DNA of 32,000 bases, from the NCBI GenBank assembly GCA_049942775.1, contig CP188087.1:420001-452000 (forward strand), read 5' to 3'. The position numbers and the translations under genes are program-made. Below, piece by piece: positions 20,699 to 32,000 of this stretch. The notes under the pieces were generated by a model. That model searched no databases. It saw only the letters and a program-made list of their open reading frames with translations, and was not told where the DNA came from. The number at the start of each line of letters is the position of its first letter. The first letter of the stretch is position 1. Source of the DNA: Candidatus Saccharimonadota bacterium (GTDB taxonomy: Bacteria > Pseudomonadota > Gammaproteobacteria > Enterobacterales > Enterobacteriaceae).

Positions 20699-22579
20699 AT
20701 GATAAATAAAAAAGAAAATTACAAATTTCAATCAGAATCAAAACAACTATTAAATTTAATGATTAATTCTTTATATTCTAATAAAGAAATTTTTTTTAGA
20801 GAATTAATTTCTAACGCTGCAGATGCTATAGAAAAATTACATTTTTTATCTATTTCTAATTCAAAATTATATGAAAATGACTCAAAAACCAAAATTCAAA
20901 TAACTGTTTCTAAAACTAACAAATCAATAACTATTTCTGATAATGGAATTGGAATGACAAAACAAGAAGTTATTGAAAATTTAGGAACTATAGCAAAATC
21001 AGGAACTAAAAATTTTTTAAAATCAATAAATAAAATTGCTGAAAAAGAAAATAATCAATTGATTGGAAAATTTGGTGTTGGATTTTATTCATCTTTTATA
21101 GTTTCCAAAAAAGTAATAATTAGAACTAGAAAAGCTAATATTTCTACTAAAAATGGAGTAATTTGGGAATCAGAAGGAAAAGGAGAATTTACTGTAAACG
21201 ATTGTATAAAAAAAAATCGTGGAACTTCTGTTACTTTATATTTAAAAGAAAATGAAACTAGTTTTTTAGAAAGTCAAAAAATAAAAAATATAATTAATAA
21301 ATATACAGATCACATTTCTATACCTATAGAAATACAAAAATATGACAAGAAAAACAAAATTTACTCTTGGAAAAAAATCAATACTGCTACATCTTTATGG
21401 ACACTAAAAAAATCAGAAATTTCCGATGAAGATTACAAAAACTTTTATAAAGAAATAACAAATGATATTCATGAACCAATATCATGGATTCATAATCGTG
21501 TAGAAGGAAAATTAGAATACATCAATCTTTTGTACATACCATCCAAAGCTCCTTGGGATATTTGGAACAAAGAAAATAAAAGTGGATTAAAACTATATGT
21601 AAAAAAAATTTTTATAATGGAAGAAATAAAACAATTTTTACCAAATTATTTAAGATTTGTAAAAGGAATAATAGATACAAACGATTTGCCTTTAAATGTT
21701 TCAAGAGAAATTTTACAAGAAAACAAAATTATTAAAATATTAAAAAAATCAATAACAAAAAAGATTTTAAAAAATTTACAAAATTTAGAAAAAACAAATC
21801 CGGAAAAATACATAACATTTTGGAATGAATTTGGATCAGTCTTTAAAGAAGGTCCTGCAGAAGACACAGAAAATAAAGAAATTATTTCAAATTTATTAAA
21901 ATTTTCATCTATTTCAACTAAAAATAACAATAAAAAAATTTCTCTACAAAACTATTTAAATAATATGATTGAACAACAAGAAAAAATATTTTATATTACA
22001 GCCGATAGCTATGATTCTGCATATGATAATCCTCATTTAGAATTATTTAAAAAAAAAGGAATCGATGTTTTAATTTTAACTGACCGAATAGATGAATGGA
22101 TGATGAATTATTTAACTGAATTTCAAGGTAAAAAATTTCAATCAGTCAGTATAAGTGACTCATCTATAAACAAATTAACAGAAGAAAACAAAAAAGATAA
22201 CATTAACATTAATGATAATGACTCTTTAAAATTTATAAAAAAAATAAAAGAAATATTAGGTACAAAAGTGAAAGACGTTCGTTTAACTTATAGATTAACT
22301 GAAACTCCATCTATTGTTTTAACCGAATCGAATGAAATGTCTACACAAATGCAAAAATTATTTTTAGCAGCTGGACAAAACGTAAATCCAATTAAATACA
22401 TATTAGAAATAAATCCAAACCATAAATTAATAAAAAAAATCAAATCTATAAAAGACGATAAATTATTTAAAAACTGGGTTGAACTATTATTAGAACAAGC
22501 ACTTTTAGCAGAACGTGGTAATTTAGAAAATCCAAATAATTTTATTAAATTGATGAACAATTTATATTTAACAAACTAA
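20699..22579 (+). CDS. htpG: Molecular chaperone HtpG (Hsp90)
   Basis: The 626-aa ORF is collinear with E. coli HtpG: FQSESKQLLNLMINSLYSNKEIFFRELISNAADA, ISDNGIGMT, GTIAKSGT, IGKFGVGFYSSFIV, LYVKKIFIM, LRFVKGIIDTNDLPLNVSREILQ. Confidence 0.97.
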   Translation: MINKKENYKFQSESKQLLNLMINSLYSNKEIFFRELISNAADAIEKLHFLSISNSKLYENDSKTKIQITVSKTNKSITISDNGIGMTKQEVIENLGTIAKSGTKNFLKSINKIAEKENNQLIGKFGVGFYSSFIVSKKVIIRTRKANISTKNGVIWESEGKGEFTVNDCIKKNRGTSVTLYLKENETSFLESQKIKNIINKYTDHISIPIEIQKYDKKNKIYSWKKINTATSLWTLKKSEISDEDYKNFYKEITNDIHEPISWIHNRVEGKLEYINLLYIPSKAPWDIWNKENKSGLKLYVKKIFIMEEIKQFLPNYLRFVKGIIDTNDLPLNVSREILQENKIIKILKKSITKKILKNLQNLEKTNPEKYITFWNEFGSVFKEGPAEDTENKEIISNLLKFSSISTKNNNKKISLQNYLNNMIEQQEKIFYITADSYDSAYDNPHLELFKKKGIDVLILTDRIDEWMMNYLTEFQGKKFQSVSISDSSINKLTEENKKDNININDNDSLKFIKKIKEILGTKVKDVRLTYRLTETPSIVLTESNEMSTQMQKLFLAAGQNVNPIKYILEINPNHKLIKKIKSIKDDKLFKNWVELLLEQALLAERGNLENPNNFIKLMNNLYLTN

Positions 22580-22607
22580 AAATTCTGAAAAATAAATTTA
22601 ACAAATA

Positions 22608-22641
22608 GTTATAAAGATATTTTTTTAAATATCTTTATAAC
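22608..22641 (+). terminator. AT-only hairpin downstream of htpG, a weak terminator candidate
   Basis: A perfect inverted repeat, GTTATAAAGATAT(TT) / (AA)ATATCTTTATAAC, gives a 13-15 bp stem with a 4-8 nt T-rich loop. It begins 29 nt after the htpG stop. No U-tract follows, and the stem has almost no GC. Confidence 0.35.
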
Positions 22642-22693
22642 GTATATATAAAATATATGCCAAAAAATACTAAAAAATAAGAACAATAAAAAA

Positions 22694-23353
22694 ATGAATA
22701 TTATACTTATGGGTGCTCCAGGTACTGGAAAAGGAACTCAAGCTAATTTTATAAAAAAAAAACTTAAAATACCAAAAATTACCTTAGGAGATTTATTAAG
22801 ATCAAATAATGCTATAAAAAATAAAGAAATTAAAAAAAAAATTGAATTAACCATAAATTCTGGAAAATTAGTTGACGATAAAATAATTTTGGACTTAATA
22901 AAAAAAAGAATATACCAAAAAGATTGCAAAAAAGGATTTTTATTAGATGGTTTTCCTAGAACAATAAAACAAGCATATTTTATAAAACAAGAAAAAATAA
23001 AAATAGATTATGTAATTGAATTTTTTATACCTACTAATTTAATAGTTCAAAGAATTTTAGGAAGGAAAATACATATCCAATCTGGAAGAATTTATCATTC
23101 TATTTTTAAACCTCCTATTGAAGAAGGAATAGATGATATAACTGGAGAAAAACTAATTGAAAGAAATGACGATAATTTAGTATCAATAAAAAAAAGAATA
23201 AAAGAATATAAAAAATTTTCAAAAGAACTAATTGAGTTTTATGTTAAAGAAAACCAAAAAAAAAATATTAAATATTTTAGAATTAATACTAGTATTTCTA
23301 TTTCAAAAGTACAAAAAATATTAAAAAAAATTCTTCTTATTACAAAAAAATAA
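22694..23353 (+). CDS. adk: Adenylate kinase
   Basis: The 219-aa ORF has the P-loop MGAPGTGKGTQ plus GFLLDGFPRT, the LID-region GRIYH and DDITGE.L..R.DD, all collinear with E. coli Adk. Confidence 0.95.
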   Translation: MNIILMGAPGTGKGTQANFIKKKLKIPKITLGDLLRSNNAIKNKEIKKKIELTINSGKLVDDKIILDLIKKRIYQKDCKKGFLLDGFPRTIKQAYFIKQEKIKIDYVIEFFIPTNLIVQRILGRKIHIQSGRIYHSIFKPPIEEGIDDITGEKLIERNDDNLVSIKKRIKEYKKFSKELIEFYVKENQKKNIKYFRINTSISISKVQKILKKILLITKK

Positions 23354-23384
23354 AACTTTGTTTAAATATAAAATTTTTTTTATT

Positions 23385-23457
23385 TGCGTTCTATAGGATT
23401 CGAACCTATGACCTACGGCTTAGAAGGCCGTTGCTCTATCCACTGAGCTAAGAACGC
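23385..23457 (-). tRNA. tRNA-Arg (anticodon UCU)
   Basis: The reverse complement folds as a cloverleaf: acceptor GCGTTCT/AGAACGC, D stem GCTC/GAGC, anticodon stem ACGGC/GCCGT with loop CTTCTAA, and T arm ATAGG-TTCGAAT-CCTAT. The discriminator is A, and the 3' CCA is not encoded. Confidence 0.92.
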
Positions 23458-23610
23458 TAATTTTTGTATTTAATTAGTAATAAGAAAAGATTATATTATA
23501 CTTTGCTAAATACAACAATAAATAATTTAGATTATTATTTTAATTTTTTCGTAAAAAATAAAAAAATAAAAAAAAATAAAACTAACTACTTATCAAGAAA
23601 AGGAACAAAT

Positions 23611-24480
23611 ATGAATTGTAAAATTATTCAAGGAAAATTAATAGCAGAAAAGATATTTATAAATATAAAAAACTATATTAAAGAAAACATAATAAAAAAT
23701 AAAAAAAGAATTCCTGGATTAGCAATTATTATTATTGGAAACAATTATTCTTCTAAAATTTATATAAAAAAAAAACAATTAGCATGTAAGAAAGTTGGAA
23801 TGTTTTCAAAAGTTATTTATTTAAGTGAAAAAATAGATGAAAAAAAAGTAATATCAATTATTGAAAGATTAAACCATGATAATAAAATAGATGGAATCTT
23901 AGTACAACTACCTCTTCCAAAAAAATTTATTAATCCAATCAATATAATAAAAAAAATTAATCCAAAAAAAGATGTAGATGGTTTACATCCTTATAACATA
24001 GGAATGTTATGCCAAAGAAATCCTACTATGAGATCTTGTACACCATACGGAATTATCACTTTATTAAAAAAATATAAAATACATACATACGGATTAAATT
24101 CTGTAGTCATCGGAGCTTCTAATATTGTTGGAAGACCAATGAGTATGGAGTTATTACTAGCAGGATGTACTACTACAGTAGTACATAAATTTACAAAAAA
24201 TTTAAAATTTTATACAAAAAACGCTGATTTAATTGTTGTAAGTGTAGGTAAAGAAAATTTTTTGAATGGAAATTTGATTAAAAATGGTTCTATTATTATA
24301 GACGTAGGTATAAATAGAAATCAAAAAGGAGAAATAAAAGGAGATGTAAATTTTGACTCTGTTTCAAAAAAAGCATCTTTTATTACTCCAGTTCCTGGAG
24401 GAGTAGGACCAATGACAGTAGCAACTTTGTTGAAAAACACTATTAATGCATACAAAAATTTTGAATTTAATAGAAATTAA
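23611..24480 (+). CDS. folD: Bifunctional methylenetetrahydrofolate dehydrogenase/cyclohydrolase FolD
   Basis: Homology to E. coli FolD begins at MNCKIIQGKLIAEKI (ATG 23611, with AAGGAA 6-11 nt upstream). It continues through PGLAIIIIGN, SKIYIKKK, GILVQLPLP, DVDG, GASNIVGRPM and TPVPGGVGPMTVA. The ORF-track TTG start at 23464 would add 49 aa with no counterpart and lies only 7 nt from the tRNA-Arg gene. Confidence 0.94.
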   Translation: MNCKIIQGKLIAEKIFINIKNYIKENIIKNKKRIPGLAIIIIGNNYSSKIYIKKKQLACKKVGMFSKVIYLSEKIDEKKVISIIERLNHDNKIDGILVQLPLPKKFINPINIIKKINPKKDVDGLHPYNIGMLCQRNPTMRSCTPYGIITLLKKYKIHTYGLNSVVIGASNIVGRPMSMELLLAGCTTTVVHKFTKNLKFYTKNADLIVVSVGKENFLNGNLIKNGSIIIDVGINRNQKGEIKGDVNFDSVSKKASFITPVPGGVGPMTVATLLKNTINAYKNFEFNRN

Positions 24481-24505
24481 TAACAATTAATTAAGATAAA
24501 TATTT

Positions 24506-25921
24506 TTATTTTAGATCTTTATAAGATTTATCTTCTATTACTAATCCAAATTTTAATAATTTTTTTTTTAAAAGATCGGCTAAATCCCAATTTTTATTTT
24601 TCCTAGCTTTATTTCTTAATTTAATCAACAAGTTAACATCTTTTATTTTTTTATTTTCTTTCAGTTTTTTTTTATTTATTTCTTTTTCATATAAAGACAT
24701 GCTTTTTTTTGTAAAAAATCCTAAAATTTTACTTAATTCCTTTAATTTGAAAGAATATAAAAAAAAATTTTTTATGTCTTTATTCTTTTTAAATATATTA
24801 ATTTTTTTTACTATACTAAACAAAACAGATAATGCTTTAGGAGTGTTAAAATCATTTTCCATAGCATTATGAAAATGTTTTTCTTCTTCAATTGAAATAC
24901 TACAAAAATCATCATTAGAATTTAAAAAACTAGAATTAAAAAAAAGAACAGCGTTCCGAATCTTTTTAAAAGATTCTTTTGATTTTTTTATTTTTTCTTC
25001 AAAATATTCTAAAGGACTTCTATAATGGGTAGAAAGAAAAAAAAATCTAATTACATCACCATCAAATTTTTTTAATATATTTTTTAAAAATAAAGAATTT
25101 TTTAATGATTTAGACATTTTAGAATTATTTATAATCAATAATCCTGAATGAATCCAATAACTTATAAAAAAATCCTTATTGTAACAACTGTTTTGAGCCA
25201 CTTCATTTTCATGATGAGGAAACAATAAATCTACTCCTCCACCATGTATGTCAAACTTACAACCCAAATATTTTTCAGTAATAGCAGAGCACTCAATGTG
25301 CCAACCAGGTCTTCCTTTTCCCCATGGAGAAAACCAATAAGGTTCATTTTTTTCTTTTAACAATTTCCATAAAACAAAATCTTCAAAATTATTTTTTACT
25401 GATAAATCACTATAAAGTGAATTTTTTTCCTTTAAGTTTTGTATTGTTTGATTAGAAATTTTACCATAATTTATATACTTTTTAACTGAGAAAAAAACAT
25501 CTCCGCTTTTTCCAACATACGCATATCTTTTTCTAATTAATTTAGAAATCATTTTAATAATATTATTAATACAATTTGAAACTTTTGGTTCAAAATTTGG
25601 TTTTACAAGATTTATCATTGATAAATCTTTATTCATTTCTAATATCATTCTATTAGAAAAATCAATAAAATTTTCTTTTTTTTGAATAGATTTAAGAATT
25701 ATTTTATCATCAATATCTGTAATGTTTCTGACATAATTTACTTCATAATTAAAATATTTAAAATACCTAATTATCATATCAAAAACTAAAAAAGTTCTAG
25801 CGTGTCCTAAATGACATAAATCGTATACTGTAACTCCACAAACATATATTCCTACTTTATTTTTCTTAATTGATTTGAAAATGTCTTTTTTACGAGTTAA
25901 TGTATTAAAAATTTTTAACAT
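24506..25921 (-). CDS. cysS: Cysteinyl-tRNA synthetase
   Basis: Homology to E. coli CysS starts at MLKIFNTLTRKKDIF (ATG at 25921). It has the HIGH-type motif CHLGHARTF, then NITDIDDKII, GRPGWHIECSA, FDIHGGGVDLLFPHHENE and KMSKS. The ORF-track start at 25957 adds 12 unsupported residues. Confidence 0.95.
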   Translation of the reverse strand: MLKIFNTLTRKKDIFKSIKKNKVGIYVCGVTVYDLCHLGHARTFLVFDMIIRYFKYFNYEVNYVRNITDIDDKIILKSIQKKENFIDFSNRMILEMNKDLSMINLVKPNFEPKVSNCINNIIKMISKLIRKRYAYVGKSGDVFFSVKKYINYGKISNQTIQNLKEKNSLYSDLSVKNNFEDFVLWKLLKEKNEPYWFSPWGKGRPGWHIECSAITEKYLGCKFDIHGGGVDLLFPHHENEVAQNSCYNKDFFISYWIHSGLLIINNSKMSKSLKNSLFLKNILKKFDGDVIRFFFLSTHYRSPLEYFEEKIKKSKESFKKIRNAVLFFNSSFLNSNDDFCSISIEEEKHFHNAMENDFNTPKALSVLFSIVKKINIFKKNKDIKNFFLYSFKLKELSKILGFFTKKSMSLYEKEINKKKLKENKKIKDVNLLIKLRNKARKNKNWDLADLLKKKLLKFGLVIEDKSYKDLK

Positions 25922-26111
25922 AAATTTTCCATAAAAAACATTGTTATTGATGAACAATTTGACTATAACAATATTTATTAATATCTGTTAAAATAAAAAA
26001 AATATTTTTTATGTTTTGTTGTTTTAATATTTTAAATATCATTAAAATTTAAAAAAATCTTAATTTATTATTTTTATTTAAAAAATATTTCTAACAATTA
26101 AGAAGGTATAA

Positions 26112-26375
26112 ATGAAAAAAAATTTGCAAGAAATGCTAAAATTTCCTTGTTTTTTTACATATAAAATTATTGGTTTATCTAGACCTGAATTAGTAGATCA
26201 AATAATTAAAGTAATACAATTATGTATTCCTGGTGATTATATTCCACAAATCAGATCTAGTAACAAAGGAAACTATTTGTCTATTTCAATTACTATTTGT
26301 GCTAAAAATTTTTCACAAATAGAAAAACTATATAATGAAATTAGCAAAATTAGTATGGTTAGAATGGTATTCTAA
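26112..26375 (+). CDS. ybeD: UPF0250 protein YbeD
   Basis: The 87-aa ORF is the same length as E. coli YbeD and collinear with it: L.FPC.FTYKIIG...PELVDQI, PGDY.P, SSNKGNYLSISITI, VRMV. Confidence 0.92.
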   Translation: MKKNLQEMLKFPCFFTYKIIGLSRPELVDQIIKVIQLCIPGDYIPQIRSSNKGNYLSISITICAKNFSQIEKLYNEISKISMVRMVF

Positions 26376-26434
26376 CAATATTTTTTTTAGATATTTTAAA
26401 ATATTTATAAAAAAACAAAAATAAACAAACAATA

Positions 26435-26480
26435 TATACCAGCAAAAATAGTATTTCTTTGATCTAAAATTGCTGGTATA
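26435..26480. terminator. GC-containing hairpin between convergent ybeD and cspE, a candidate terminator mainly for cspE
   Basis: A perfect 11-bp inverted repeat, TATACCAGCAA (26435-26445) / TTGCTGGTATA (26470-26480), has a 24-nt loop. On the minus strand a T-rich run follows it (TATTGTTTGTTTATTTTTG). On the plus strand no T-tract follows. Confidence 0.45.
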
Positions 26481-26528
26481 ATTAATAAAAAATTTGCTTT
26501 TTTATTAGTTATATCCAAACATCAAAAA

Positions 26529-26738
26529 TTATAAACTAATAACATTAGCAGCTGATGGACCTTTAGCACCTTCTGTAATTTCAAATTCAACACTTTGTCC
26601 TTCCGTTAACGTTTTAAATCCATTGCTTTGAATAGCTGAAAAATGAACAAAAACATCTTTGCTTCCATCTTCTGGAGTAATGAATCCAAAACCTTTAGAT
26701 TCGTTAAACCACTTAACATTGCCTCTTATCTTAGACAT
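26529..26738 (-). CDS. cspE: Cold-shock-domain protein CspE
   Basis: The 69-aa ORF is nearly identical to E. coli CspE: [63 protein letters not shown]. It includes the RNP1 and RNP2 motifs. Confidence 0.97.
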   Translation of the reverse strand: MSKIRGNVKWFNESKGFGFITPEDGSKDVFVHFSAIQSNGFKTLTEGQSVEFEITEGAKGPSAANVISL

Positions 26739-27052
26739 CTATCTTACCTTTACATGGAGAATAAAATATAACAAAAAACTATAAAAAAATTAAATATAAA
26801 TAATAATAAATAAATTATTAATTTTTTGTTAAACAATTAATTTTTAAAAAATAGAAATATTTTTAAAACTATCATATTTTTTATATTAAAACAATTATTT
26901 AAAAATATTTAATTTTAAAAAATAAATTTAATTTATTATTTTTTATTATTTAGAAAAGTGCATATTTTAAATAAAAGATTATTTTTTTTTATAAAAAGAT
27001 GATTTTTCTTTGAAATATTAAAAGAATGGATTTTTATATAGGAAAGTTTTTT

Positions 27053-27171
27053 AGCCTGGCAATTTCCTACTCTCACACAGGGAAACCCTGCACTACCATC
27101 GGCGTTAAAATGTTTCACTTCTGAGTTCGATATGGATTCAGGTGGTACCAAATTACTATTCTTACCAGGCA
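27053..27171 (-). rRNA. rrf: 5S ribosomal RNA
   Basis: The reverse complement TGCCTGGTAAG...CCACCTGAATCCATATCGAACTCAGAAGTGAAAC...GCCGATGGTAGTG...GAGAGTAGGAAATTGCCAGGC aligns along the full length of E. coli 5S rRNA. Ends are accurate to about 2 nt. Confidence 0.93.
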
Positions 27172-27196
27172 AGAATTAATTATATATCTTTTATTA

Positions 27197-27253
27197 TTTT
27201 TGGTCAACAAGATTTTTTAAAAAATATATTTTTTTAGACATCTCTGGTGTTGC
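27197..27253 (-). other. 23S 3' trailer / 23S-5S spacer segment forming half of the 23S processing stem
   Basis: It is complementary to the 23S 5' leader at 30252-30320. For example, plus-strand AGACATCTCTGGTGTTGC (27236-27253) pairs with TGCAACCCACAGATGTCTA (30252-30270), and TTTGGTCAACAAGATTTT (27199-27216) pairs with AAAATATCTTGTTACCAAA (30299-30317). Confidence 0.7.
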
Positions 27254-30250
<2,997 letters not shown>

Positions 30251-30251
30251 T

Positions 30252-30320
30252 TGCAACCCACAGATGTCTATACAAATATATTTTAATAAAGAAAAATTAA
30301 AATATCTTGTTACCAAATTT
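30252..30320 (-). other. 23S 5' leader segment forming the other half of the processing stem
   Basis: See the partner feature at 27197-27253. There are three blocks of complementarity interrupted by a ~14-nt internal loop on the leader side. This is the arrangement expected for an RNase III processing helix that brackets 23S rRNA. Confidence 0.7.
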
Positions 30321-30431
30321 TTAAAGAGCTGTCTAAAATTCAAAAAAATAAAAACTTTAAAGAAACATCATAACACAAAAAAAATAAATAGTATATATAT
30401 TTATAGTTAAAAAAACTAAATTATATAATTT

Positions 30432-30503
30432 TGTCCCCTAGGGGATTTGAACCCCTGTTGCCGCCGTGAAAGGGCGATGTCCTAACCACTAGACGAAGGG
30501 GAC
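30432..30503 (-). tRNA. tRNA-Glu (anticodon UUC)
   Basis: The reverse complement GTCCCCTTCGTCTAGTGGTTAGGACATCGCCCTTTCACGGCGGCAACAGGGGTTCAAATCCCCTAGGGGACA is nearly identical to E. coli tRNA-Glu. The acceptor stem is GTCCCCT/AGGGGAC and the anticodon loop is CTTTCAC. The 3' CCA is not encoded. Confidence 0.95.
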
Positions 30504-30528
30504 TATGTTCAAAACAAATTTTAGTTTC

Positions 30529-30556
30529 ATTTTACAGAACGAAATTAAAGAGTCAA
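30529..30556 (-). promoter_or_regulatory. Sigma70-type promoter of the tRNA-Glu-23S-5S operon
   Basis: The minus strand reads TTGACT (30556-30551), then a 16-nt spacer, then TAAAAT (30534-30529). An A-rich UP-like tract (AATTTAAAAAAAATGC) precedes it. The -10 lies about 25 nt upstream of the tRNA-Glu 5' end and immediately downstream of the aroE stop (30588). Confidence 0.6.
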
Positions 30557-30587
30557 GCATTTTTTTTAAATTAACAAATACCTAATG

Positions 30588-31427
30588 TTATATATTTTTT
30601 TTATATTCTTTTTTTAAAGTTGATATAACTGAATCTATTTCAGGTAAAATACCATGCCATAAAAAAAATGAATAGGCTGCTTGAGCTACTAACATTCCAA
30701 TTCCATCATAACAATTATTTACAAATCTTTTTTTACAAAAAAATAAAAATGGAGTCAACCTTTCTAATTGATAACAAATGTCATAACAATTAATATTTTG
30801 ATGAATTAAATCATTCAACAAAATCGAAAAATCTTTTATGCTTCCTAAAGGAGTAGCATTAATTACTAAATCAAAAATAATATTTTTTTTGTTTTTTCTA
30901 TTTAATATTTCAATTAAACCATATTTTGAAAATTGAATTTTCAACTTTTCTGCTTTTTTTTTAGTTCTATTTAAAATATAAATAGAATTTCCTAAAGATA
31001 ATAAAGGTTCTAATATTCCTCTCACAACCCCACCAGCACCTAACAATAAAATGTTGCTTTTTTTTTTTAGAAATTTAATTCGTTTTAAATCATACAACAA
31101 TCCTATTCCATCAGTATTATCTCCTAAAATTTTCCCGTTTTTTAATTTTTTAAAAGTATTTACTGAACCAGATATTTTAGCATTTCTAGTAACAAAGTCT
31201 GAATAAATAAATGCATGTTCTTTAAATGGAGCAGTAACATTAGCTCCTTTTCCAAAATTTTCAAAAAAAGAATCTAAAATAGAAAAAAAATTTTTTTCAC
31301 AAACTAAGAACGAAATATAATTTTTATTAATATTATAATTTTTAGAAAAAATATCGTGAATAATTGGTGATTTAGAATGAGATATAGGATTTCCAAAAAC
31401 TGCAAAATCAACAATATTGTTATCCAT
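30588..31427 (-). CDS. aroE: Shikimate dehydrogenase AroE
   Basis: The 279-aa ORF is collinear with E. coli AroE: FAVFGNPISHSKSPIIH, GANVTAPFKE, SGSVNT, LGDNTDGIGL, LLLGAGGVVRGIL.PLL, NRT, LVINATP, DGIGMLVAQAAYSFFLWHG. Confidence 0.95.
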   Translation of the reverse strand: MDNNIVDFAVFGNPISHSKSPIIHDIFSKNYNINKNYISFLVCEKNFFSILDSFFENFGKGANVTAPFKEHAFIYSDFVTRNAKISGSVNTFKKLKNGKILGDNTDGIGLLYDLKRIKFLKKKSNILLLGAGGVVRGILEPLLSLGNSIYILNRTKKKAEKLKIQFSKYGLIEILNRKNKKNIIFDLVINATPLGSIKDFSILLNDLIHQNINCYDICYQLERLTPFLFFCKKRFVNNCYDGIGMLVAQAAYSFFLWHGILPEIDSVISTLKKEYKKNI

Positions 31428-31965
31428 CTCTAATTATTTCTCCAGTAATAATATTTAAAATTTTAGACGGTCGACTATATGAACCTAATTTCCCATCTAA
31501 AAAAATTATTTTAGAACCAAATTGGTTATACAACTCTGATTTATTTCTACAAGGTGAAGAATTAGAAATATTAGCACTAGTAGAAATAATTGGTCTTCCA
31601 AAACCATTACATAATCTTTGAACTAAATAATGATTGCTAATTCTAAATGCAATAAAAGAAGAACCTCCAGTTATCCATTTAGGTACGTTTGATCTGGCTG
31701 GAAATAAAAACGTTGTATTTCCAGGCCAATGAAAAAATAATGTTTTTTTTTTTTTATAACATATTTCTTTTTCTAAAATATATGGTTCAATTTGATTATA
31801 TGTAGAAGCGACTAAAACAAAACCTTTATTTGAAGTTCTTTTTTTTATTTTTAATAATTTTAAAACAGAGAAATAACTATTGGGATCACAACCAAGAGCA
31901 AAAACAGATTCTGTAGGATATGTAATGACTTCTTTTTCAAATAATTTTTCAATACAAGAAATCAA
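31420..31965 (-). CDS. tsaC: Threonylcarbamoyl-AMP synthase TsaC (YrdC)
   Basis: The 181-aa ORF overlaps aroE by 8 nt. It matches E. coli YrdC/TsaC: VITYPTESVFALGCDP, KGFVLVAS, WPGNTTFLFPA, PKWITG, RPIISTSANISN.SPCR. It is adjacent to aroE as in E. coli. Confidence 0.92.
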   Translation of the reverse strand: MISCIEKLFEKEVITYPTESVFALGCDPNSYFSVLKLLKIKKRTSNKGFVLVASTYNQIEPYILEKEICYKKKKTLFFHWPGNTTFLFPARSNVPKWITGGSSFIAFRISNHYLVQRLCNGFGRPIISTSANISNSSPCRNKSELYNQFGSKIIFLDGKLGSYSRPSKILNIITGEIIRDG

Positions 31966-32000
31966 TGAAAAATATTTAAATACGTTGGATTTTTCTTTCA

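Noticed and set aside
3542-22929. Short ORFs antisense to or nested in conserved genes: 3542-3745, 4388-4762, 9244-9465, 11029-11256, 11771-11986, 13307-13573, 13667-13882, 14033-14257, 17037-17300, 20248-20502, 21646-21930, 22288-22560, 22738-22929.
   Set aside because: Each is fully contained in a strongly supported gene on the other strand or frame. Their products are low-complexity (F/I/L/S-rich mirror images of K/N/E-rich coding sequence) with no recognisable motifs. They are shadow ORFs.
27006-27026. A hairpin TTCTTT-9 nt-AAAGAA downstream of 5S as the rRNA operon terminator.
   Set aside because: It is a 6-bp stem with one GC pair and no immediately following U-tract on the minus strand. 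It is too weak to call.

Overview
This window is extremely AT-rich and tightly packed, and its gene order follows E. coli with large deletions. It looks like a reduced insect-endosymbiont genome and fits Buchnera aphidicola best. The main reasons are the aroE - tRNA-Glu - 23S - 5S arrangement with no 16S gene, and the order ribD-nusB / yajR / tusE / cyoEDCBA / clpP-clpX-lon-ppiD-mdlA-mdlB-ffs-dnaX-ybaB-htpG-adk / tRNA-Arg / folD / cysS / ybeD / cspE. I can support 25 protein-coding genes, all housekeeping and all recognisable by eye against E. coli orthologues. I can also support 23S and 5S rRNA, two tRNAs, one 4.5S (SRP) RNA that an ORF track cannot show, one strong sigma70-type promoter for the rRNA operon, and a few hairpin terminator candidates. 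Several ORF-track starts are over-extended (cyoD, clpP, folD, cysS), and every ORF inside the rRNA genes or antisense to genes looks spurious. I found no mobile element, CRISPR array, prophage, defence or toxin locus, or accessory island, and I see no evidence of a novel system. This is an ordinary core region of a streamlined genome. Three things are most worth a second look. One is an 850-bp ORF-free gap where bolA-tig sit in E. coli. Another is a dnaX that stops at the domain III boundary and is followed by a poly(A)-rich lysine-rich ORF in the -1 frame. The third is a conserved, relatively GC-rich island upstream of lon that keeps a sigma32-like -10 element.
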